Positions 57,363 through 64,000 of a stretch of 64,000 nt of DNA are shown one piece after another; the first letter of the stretch is position 1; every line of letters starts with the position of its first letter. Where the stretch lies: positions 75,480-139,479 of the forward strand of contig JAGWVF010000001.1 in the NCBI GenBank assembly GCA_018971045.1, given 5' to 3'. The translations under genes were made by a program, and so were the position numbers. Origin of the DNA: Patescibacteria group bacterium. Its GTDB lineage: Bacteria; Patescibacteriota; Minisyncoccia; Phycocordibacterales; Phycocordibacteraceae. Below the pieces are notes generated by a model. It was not told the origin of the DNA and made no database searches. It saw only the letters and a program-made list of their open reading frames with translations.

Positions 57363-60300
57363 TACAAACAATCGAATAAAGGAAACTGACATTGCAATAA
57401 TAGGCATGTCTTGTCGTTTTCCGGGTGCTCAAAATGTAGAAGTATTTTGGGAAAATTTAAAAAATAGCAAGGAGTCCATTTCATTTTTCACTAATGACGA
57501 ATTGGAAAATGGGGACAAGGAGATAGTAAAAGATCCACACTTTGTTAAAGCTGGCTCCGTATTGGATGAAGTGAAATCTTTCGACGCTGGTTTCTTTGGT
57601 TTTTCTGAACAAGACGCAAAGATTTTAGATCCTCAGCACCGGAAGTTCCTTGAGTGTTCATGGGAAGCGTTGGAGGATGGGGGATACAACCCCGACGTCT
57701 TTAAAGGAAGCATCGGTGTTTTTGGCGGTTCAGGTATGAGTACGTATTTTTTGAATAACGTCCATCCGAACATCGGATACCATCCAAATCGGACGTTCCT
57801 TGAATCAATGGGGGATTTGCAGCTATTAACAGCAAACGACAGGGATTATCTTACTACACGTGCTGCATACAAACTTAATTTGCGCGGTCCGAGTATTAAC
57901 GTACAAACAGCCTGTTCCACTTCATTAGTCGCAGTTCATCTTGCATGCCAAAGTATTCTGAACGGAGAGTGTGATATGGCTCTTGCAGGGGCGGTAACAA
58001 TCTTGTGTCCGCAAAAAACCGGCTATTTATATCAGCAGGACATGATTCTTTCCCCTGATGGCCATTGTCGCCCATTTGATGCGAAGGCAAAAGGAACAGT
58101 TTTCGGTAGCGGTGTAGGGGTCATACTGCTCAAAAGATTTTCCGATGCAATCCATGATGGGGACGCTATTCATGCAGTCATTAAGGGAACGGCAGTAAAT
58201 AATGATGGGGCAGTTAAAGTGGGGTATTCTGCGCCAAGCGTAAATGGACAATCGGCAGTAATTGAAGAGGCTATGGCGGTTGCCGATGTTGAACCGACGA
58301 ATGTTACTTACATTGAGGCACACGGGACGGCAACACAGATTGGTGATCTTGTGGAAGTCACAGCGCTTAAACAGGCGTTTCAAACTGAAAAAAGAAATTT
58401 TTGTGCACTCGGTAGCGTAAAATCGAATGTTGGGCACCTTGCTTGGGCTTCAGGGATGGCGGGGCTTATAAAAGTTATTCTCGCGCTTAAACATAAAAAG
58501 ATTCCAGCTACTCTCAATTTCGAGAAGGCGAATTCTCAGATAGATCTTGAGAACTCCCCTTTCTATGTCAATGCCGACCTTGTTGACTGGGAGACAGACA
58601 GCACAAGAACCGCAGGAGTCAGCGCTTTTGGTCTTGGTGGCACAAACGCACACATAGTTTTAAGCGAGGTTTCGGGAGCAAAAACCTCTGATCTCAAAAA
58701 AGACGACAGTCATATTTTCACATTGAGTGCCAGAAACGAAGGGGATCTCAGAACGCTTGCTGAGCGATATGTACAATTCTTAAACAAAACAACAGAAGTG
58801 TCCTTAGTCGATATTTGCTATACGTCGAATATAGGTAGAAGGCACCTCGATAAGAGGTTGGGATTCGTAGTCTCATCGGTGTCTGAACTTCAAGAGAAGT
58901 TGCGGTGTTTCATTGATTGCGTTTCTATACAAAAATACGTTCAGTCACGACTACAAAGTAGTGCAGCAATACATATGAGCGAGAGGGCACAAGTATTGGT
59001 TCGTCTGGCACAACAGTATGAATCTGGTGTGAATGTTGATTGGGGGACTGTATATACCGGATGGGCGGGACAGAGAGTTCACATGCCAACCTACCCATTT
59101 CAACGAAATGAATACTGGATAGAATCTATTGCAAAACTCAGACCAGCACAGAGGAATGAACAGATGGACTTGGCGGGTAACCTGTATGATATGCAGTATG
59201 AAAAACTGCCGCTATACGGAAGCGCCTCACGATATCTACCAAGTGTTCAACAGCTAAGCAGGGAATTGAATAAGAGATTTAAGGAGATAGCCGTGTCGTC
59301 TGGAATGAAGGGCTACACTAAAGAGTTGAATTTGCTGGAGAAAATCAGTTACCAAATGATTATTAACGCTTTTGTTCAACTCGGCTGTAAGTTTGATGTA
59401 AAGAACATCACAACAGAAGAGTTCGTGCGGCGATTTAATGTAGTTCCTCAATACAAGAAACTCATAGATAGATTTTTTGAGATTCTTGAGGAAGAGGGGG
59501 TTGCGAGCCGGGATGATTTTCACTGGAAGTTGCTCAAAAAGCCAAAAATTGCGGACGTTTTATTAACAGGGCAGAAGCATAGTTTATGTGAATTTGATTT
59601 TCTAAATCGTTGTGGTTCTAATCTCGCAGATGTTCTGCGTGGAGTAAAAAGTCCATTGGATTTGCTGTTTCCAAATGGAGACACTTCTCTTCTAAAAAAG
59701 CTGTATAGTGAATCACCCACCCTGAAAGCAATGAATATGCTTGTCGCCGAAGCAGTTTCATTGCTGGAACAGAGTACTCCGAAAAAAATGGGTTTAAGGA
59801 TCTTAGAGATAGGCTCTGGGACTGGTAGTGCCACCGCATCTGTTTTGTCGAAACTCTCATCCAGTAAGACCGACTACACATTCACCGACTTATCAAACAG
59901 CTTCATATCGGAAGCGAAAAATAATTTTGTAGATTATTCTTGCATATCATATGCGCAGCTTGATATAGAAAAAACCCCAAGTACCCAAGGTTTTTCTGAG
60001 GAGAAGTATGATGTAATTATTGCTGCAAATGTTTTACACGCGACTCAAGATTTGAGGGGGGCCATTTCTAATGTCAATAAATTATTGGCTCCTGGCGGAA
60101 TATTGATCCTTCTTGAAGGAACGGCACCTGTACGTTGGGTCGATCTCACCTTTGGTTTAACAGATGGGTGGTGGCATTTTACTGATTATGACCTAAGATC
60201 TCGCTATCCACTTTTACCGCCCAAAGAATGGGAAAGGGAATTGCTAAATCATGGCTTTGCTGAGGTAGAAACTCTGACGTCAGAGGAAATTGGTTCCTCA

Positions 60301-63300
60301 ATTAAAATTGATGGAGGCTTGCCGCAAGCAGTCATTCTTGCCAAGAAAAATTCTACAGTCTATCAGTCCACCCATCAAACCTGGGTTATTTTTGCGGACA
60401 GAAGCGGCACGAGCGACATTTTGATTAAACGGCTTACAGAGCGCGGCGATAACTGCATTGTAGTTCAAAGGGGAGATTTCTTCAGAGAAGAAGTTGCTAA
60501 TCAGAAATACACAATCAATCTTTTTAGACCGGAAGATTTTGAGGATTTGTTTGAGCATATACAGCAGCCTATTCATAATGTTCTTTATTTGTGGTCTTTG
60601 GATGAAATATCTGACCTGATTTCTAATCTTGAGCTTCTAAAGCGTCAATATCTGCAGGATTGTGGAGGGTTACTTAATACAGTGAAATCGATACTAAATA
60701 AGTTACCGACACCGCCAGCTCTCTTCGTGATAACGCAGGGAGCCCAGTGCCTGGATGCCAGTTCCGGCCTAGGCGGACTACTACAATCATCTGTCTGGGG
60801 CATGCATAGAGTTATTACAGTCGAACACCCTGAACTTTGTTGCAAAATTATTGATATTGAATCAACCAAACAAGTCACTGATCTCGTAGACGAGTTGTTT
60901 GCTAGAGACAAAGAACATCAGGTGATATTAAAGTCTGACTCTCGATATGTATCGCGAATAACCCGCGCGAGTGTTAATTTAACATCCTCAGGTACCCAAC
61001 CTCTCTTCAAAGAGGATGCGGTCTATATAATTACAGGTGGTTTAGGGGGCCTTGGTATAAAAGTTGCCGAGTGGATGGCGGGTATCGGCGCTAGACATAT
61101 CGCGCTTGTCGGACGACATGAGCCGACAGACGATGTTAAAGAAAAAATAAATCTTTTGATTAAAAAAGGTATAGATATACACGTTGCAAAATGTGATGTA
61201 TCCAATTACGAGTCCCTAAAAAGCTTATTTTTCAACCTGAAGCAGATAGGGCCTGTAAAAGGTATTATTCATGCGGCGGGTGTTATCGACGACGGAATTT
61301 TGCTACAGCAAGATTTTGAACGTTTGCTCAAGCCTGCTTATGCTAAAGTATTTGGTTCTTGGAATTTGCATATTCTTTCTCAGGATGAATCAATAAATCT
61401 TGATTTTTTCATCCTGTTCTCTTCAGTTGTTAGTACGATTGGCAATGTCGGGCAATCAAATCATGCGTCAGCAAACAGTTTCATGAACAACTTGGCGCTA
61501 TATCGTAAATATCAAGGGCTACCGGCAACCGTTATTCAATGGGGTGCGTGGGCCGACATCGGTACATTGGCAAAATATCCCGATGTTGTAGAGAAACTCA
61601 ACACTATTGGCTTTGGGCTAATACAGCCAGCCGAAGGTGTCAAAGTACTTGAGTTCATTTTACGTAAAGGTATTACAGCAGCAATCTTTGCTCCTATAAA
61701 TTGGGAGCGATTCCTCAAATTCAATAAATCAGAAGAAACCCATCTTTTTGCATCACTAGTGTCATCGTCCCAACGGAAGCCAGAGGAATTGTTTGTGGAA
61801 AATTTTGTATCAAGGCTTGCGTTGCTAACGGGGGCAGAGCAGCTTGCACTCATTGAAAGAAAGGTCGCGGAGAATGTTAGTCGAATTCTCGGCCTCCAGC
61901 AGGAGAGTGGCTTTGAGGATAAAGATTTCTTTGATTATGGGATGGATTCCCTGACTTCAATTCAGTTGAGAAATAATTTGCAATCAGATTTTAAATGTTC
62001 TTTGCATCCGACGCTTGCATACAAGTACCCGACAGTACGAAAGTTGTCGGAATATATAGTCAGTGTTGTTAGGCTAGATAGTCGCAGCGGTATTATTTCA
62101 ACAAATCAAAAAGAATTCACGTCTGTTTCTGGTACGAGAGAAATTTCAATGCAACAGAGAAGATGGATACGACTTGCTGCAAAAGATTATGGGCGCCTCC
62201 TTGTCCCCATCTTGTTCCATGCAGAATTGAACAAGAAAGCCTTCCTTTCGGCGCTTGAGCAGGTGGTAAATAGACACGAGGTGCTTAAGTACAGGTTCTT
62301 AAATGATCAGGCTTTTGTTGTCGATGCCGGAACCTTTCTGCTAAATGACCCCGAGTTGTTTGTCGACGCAAGTAACGAGACTGATCAAGCCCTAGTGATT
62401 AAGCAACAGGCCGATAATCTACGATTCTCTCCCCCAGATCCGCGGGACAGACCCACGTGGATGATTCGGTGCATAAGACTCAATAAAGATAAGTTCCTTG
62501 TGCTCCTACATATCCAACACCTCGAATTCGATGGGGCTTCAATATCAATCTTTGTGGACGATTTAAGAATGTTTTATTCGGATTTTGTAAATGGTATTGA
62601 CGCAACATACTTACCCGCTGTTCAATACGCAGACTATGTCGAATGGCAGAAACACTATCTAAATTCAGATATTTCTGAGGATCGAGAATTCTTCAAAAAG
62701 TTATTTTCTGATACCCTCTCCTCTACGATTTTGCCAAACCATTCTGGTCGTAGTTCAACTGAAAGTTACCCATCAGCTTGTTATACGCCATCGCAAATCA
62801 AGGGTCTTTGGAGAAAGCTTCAGGCGGTCGGGAAGAAAATGAAAACATCACCTTTCGCAATTCTTTGTTCAACGTACGCTCAACTGGTTGGAGAAATTGT
62901 AAATAATGACCATGTCGTCATTGGAACGATTGTAAGTAGTAGGCCATCTTGTGAATTCGAAAGGACCATAGGTCCTTTCGTTCAGCCTTTCCCAATGAAA
63001 ATATCCCTCAATGATCCTTTGCGGGATATGATTTCTACGGTACATACCTTAGTCACGGAGATTAATGAAAGAAGTGGGTATCCAGTTGCGGATATGATCA
63101 ACCATATTCCGGCTTTTAAAGAAATGGAAATCGACACTTATTTCACAGATTCGTTTATTATGCTTAATAATTATTCTCGTGAAGCAGATACTCAACCAAG
63201 AGTGGAGGTGTTTGAGTCACTCGGACCAATTTTGGAAGATGGACTGTCAGGCATAAGTCCTAAAAAGATCAACGAAATTGCCGGACTATTCCTAATAGTT

Positions 63301-63432
63301 GATTATTATGAAGGAGAAATGAGGTTCAATTTTTGGTACCATTCACATCGCTTCTTTAAGAAGCAGGTTCAAGAGTGGGCTGATAGATATTCAGATCTTC
63401 TCAAACAAAATATACAGTCACTAGAAGGCTAA
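57352..63432 (+). CDS. hybrid PKS-NRPS megasynthase, AT-less: KS - flanking subdomain - C-methyltransferase - KR (Tyr->His) - ACP - condensation domain
   Basis: KS triad (TACSTSLVAVH, EAHGTATQIGD, KSNVGHL); no GHSxG acyltransferase motif anywhere; cMT LEIGSGTGSAT; KR Rossmann TGGLGGLG but GQSNHASAN instead of NYAAAN; ACP DYGMDSLTS; C-domain His motif HIQHLEFDG; 2026 aa. Confidence 0.9.
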   Translation: MRSDTNNRIKETDIAIIGMSCRFPGAQNVEVFWENLKNSKESISFFTNDELENGDKEIVKDPHFVKAGSVLDEVKSFDAGFFGFSEQDAKILDPQHRKFLECSWEALEDGGYNPDVFKGSIGVFGGSGMSTYFLNNVHPNIGYHPNRTFLESMGDLQLLTANDRDYLTTRAAYKLNLRGPSINVQTACSTSLVAVHLACQSILNGECDMALAGAVTILCPQKTGYLYQQDMILSPDGHCRPFDAKAKGTVFGSGVGVILLKRFSDAIHDGDAIHAVIKGTAVNNDGAVKVGYSAPSVNGQSAVIEEAMAVADVEPTNVTYIEAHGTATQIGDLVEVTALKQAFQTEKRNFCALGSVKSNVGHLAWASGMAGLIKVILALKHKKIPATLNFEKANSQIDLENSPFYVNADLVDWETDSTRTAGVSAFGLGGTNAHIVLSEVSGAKTSDLKKDDSHIFTLSARNEGDLRTLAERYVQFLNKTTEVSLVDICYTSNIGRRHLDKRLGFVVSSVSELQEKLRCFIDCVSIQKYVQSRLQSSAAIHMSERAQVLVRLAQQYESGVNVDWGTVYTGWAGQRVHMPTYPFQRNEYWIESIAKLRPAQRNEQMDLAGNLYDMQYEKLPLYGSASRYLPSVQQLSRELNKRFKEIAVSSGMKGYTKELNLLEKISYQMIINAFVQLGCKFDVKNITTEEFVRRFNVVPQYKKLIDRFFEILEEEGVASRDDFHWKLLKKPKIADVLLTGQKHSLCEFDFLNRCGSNLADVLRGVKSPLDLLFPNGDTSLLKKLYSESPTLKAMNMLVAEAVSLLEQSTPKKMGLRILEIGSGTGSATASVLSKLSSSKTDYTFTDLSNSFISEAKNNFVDYSCISYAQLDIEKTPSTQGFSEEKYDVIIAANVLHATQDLRGAISNVNKLLAPGGILILLEGTAPVRWVDLTFGLTDGWWHFTDYDLRSRYPLLPPKEWERELLNHGFAEVETLTSEEIGSSIKIDGGLPQAVILAKKNSTVYQSTHQTWVIFADRSGTSDILIKRLTERGDNCIVVQRGDFFREEVANQKYTINLFRPEDFEDLFEHIQQPIHNVLYLWSLDEISDLISNLELLKRQYLQDCGGLLNTVKSILNKLPTPPALFVITQGAQCLDASSGLGGLLQSSVWGMHRVITVEHPELCCKIIDIESTKQVTDLVDELFARDKEHQVILKSDSRYVSRITRASVNLTSSGTQPLFKEDAVYIITGGLGGLGIKVAEWMAGIGARHIALVGRHEPTDDVKEKINLLIKKGIDIHVAKCDVSNYESLKSLFFNLKQIGPVKGIIHAAGVIDDGILLQQDFERLLKPAYAKVFGSWNLHILSQDESINLDFFILFSSVVSTIGNVGQSNHASANSFMNNLALYRKYQGLPATVIQWGAWADIGTLAKYPDVVEKLNTIGFGLIQPAEGVKVLEFILRKGITAAIFAPINWERFLKFNKSEETHLFASLVSSSQRKPEELFVENFVSRLALLTGAEQLALIERKVAENVSRILGLQQESGFEDKDFFDYGMDSLTSIQLRNNLQSDFKCSLHPTLAYKYPTVRKLSEYIVSVVRLDSRSGIISTNQKEFTSVSGTREISMQQRRWIRLAAKDYGRLLVPILFHAELNKKAFLSALEQVVNRHEVLKYRFLNDQAFVVDAGTFLLNDPELFVDASNETDQALVIKQQADNLRFSPPDPRDRPTWMIRCIRLNKDKFLVLLHIQHLEFDGASISIFVDDLRMFYSDFVNGIDATYLPAVQYADYVEWQKHYLNSDISEDREFFKKLFSDTLSSTILPNHSGRSSTESYPSACYTPSQIKGLWRKLQAVGKKMKTSPFAILCSTYAQLVGEIVNNDHVVIGTIVSSRPSCEFERTIGPFVQPFPMKISLNDPLRDMISTVHTLVTEINERSGYPVADMINHIPAFKEMEIDTYFTDSFIMLNNYSREADTQPRVEVFESLGPILEDGLSGISPKKINEIAGLFLIVDYYEGEMRFNFWYHSHRFFKKQVQEWADRYSDLLKQNIQSLEG

Positions 63433-63557
63433 CTTCGTTCGTGATATGAAGAACTAAATAAATCACCGAATTTAATAGCAAAGGTTTATCTGCTCCAAAT
63501 GGAACTGAAGCAAAGCAGCATAGACCTCCAAGAAGGAGGTGCCAAATGGTACATATG

Positions 63558-64000
63558 TCAGCGAATAGGTGTTTTACGAGCAGTTTGTAAATTTTCCTTT
63601 AAAGTATTTGCCAACTCGTCGCTTTGGATAATCAGAGCAAATTTTTCTGCGGGCGCGATAAGAGCAATCTTGTTTTTAAGAATCCTCACCTCAGCGGATT
63701 GATTATTTGCTGCCACATTTTTGGCTCCAAGTATTTCCTGGCGCGCCGCTTCTATACCCTCGTCACCATCAAAAAACTGCACCCGTGGCTTTTGCTTCGC
63801 CCCGCTCTGCATCGCTCTCAGTTTAGGCAGCAGGGACTTAGTTGTGGCAGTCAACTCTTTATATTTATCAGCAGACTCCTGCGCAATCTTCACCAGTCTC
63901 TCTGGAGATGCAGCAGTGTACAGCCTGACATTCTGCACATCTGAAGTGCTCACAAATCCGCGCTTCGCTAGAAAACTGAGCACGACATACACGGTACTCC
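63558..64000 (-). CDS. hypothetical protein, N-terminus beyond window end (possible regulator)
   Basis: Open frame continues past position 64000 (the M in the ORF track is a GTG); no transposase or enzyme motifs. Confidence 0.35.
   Translation of the reverse strand, partial: STVYVVLSFLAKRGFVSTSDVQNVRLYTAASPERLVKIAQESADKYKELTATTKSLLPKLRAMQSGAKQKPRVQFFDGDEGIEAARQEILGAKNVAANNQSAEVRILKNKIALIAPAEKFALIIQSDELANTLKENLQTARKTPIR

Noticed and set aside
57352-59400. Looked for an integrated acyltransferase (GHSxG...AFHS) between KS and cMT
   Set aside because: Motif absent; region is a KS flanking subdomain, so the module is AT-less
63558-63992. Minus-strand ORF at the window end considered as an IS transposase marking the cluster border
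   Set aside because: No DDE, HTH-transposase or serine-recombinase motifs; more likely an ordinary gene (possibly a regulator) truncated by the window
1-64000. CRISPR arrays, rRNA genes, integrases
   Set aside because: No regularly spaced direct repeats, no rRNA-like conserved blocks, and no tyrosine/serine recombinase motifs found on either strand in this window

Overview
This 64-kb window comes from a high-GC (~60%) bacterial chromosome. The gene content (type IV pilus genes, ComEC, a VirB4-centred T4SS-like locus) resembles small-genome CPR/Patescibacteria-like organisms, but that is an inference. It contains the replication-origin neighbourhood: rpmH-rnpA-yidC on the minus strand, divergent from dnaA-dnaN, with DnaA boxes in both flanking intergenic regions. 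Housekeeping genes present are clpP, ppa, nusA, tpiA, pgk, recJ, rnhA, sodA, rpmB, ruvCBA, yebC, PBP1A, polA, tsaE, rpsT and one tRNA-Lys(UUU). There is a type IV pilus locus (pilB, pilC and three pilin-like genes) plus a second pilB-like ATPase, and a T4SS/conjugation-like locus (VirB3-like, split VirB4, VirB2-like pilin fused to a Cys-rich domain) next to the origin. Three accessory inserts stand out by composition. (1) At 35.9-39.3 kb, a graspetide-type RiPP locus with a 51-aa precursor and an MdnC-like ATP-grasp ligase. The ligase is cleanly split by an IS30-family insertion with a 3-bp GAA target duplication. A TPR protein and a strongly signalled small Cys lipopeptide gene follow. (2) At 45.4-49.6 kb, a phage-derived module (ParB-MTase, terminase small and large subunits) and a membrane protein whose leader has mutually exclusive helices. 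(3) At 49.9-63.4 kb, an AT-rich (~40% GC) hybrid NRPS-PKS gene cluster: malonyl-CoA synthetase MatB, a cluster-embedded prolyl-tRNA synthetase, a VanX-like D-Ala-D-Ala dipeptidase, an Sfp-type PPTase, a nicotianamine-synthase-like enzyme, a stand-alone A-T loading protein, and a 2026-aa AT-less KS-cMT-KR(Tyr->His)-ACP-C megasynthase. This cluster is the most likely candidate for the previously undescribed system. All functional calls rest on motif and similarity recognition by eye, with no database searches run. Coordinates of adjusted starts may be off by a few bases.
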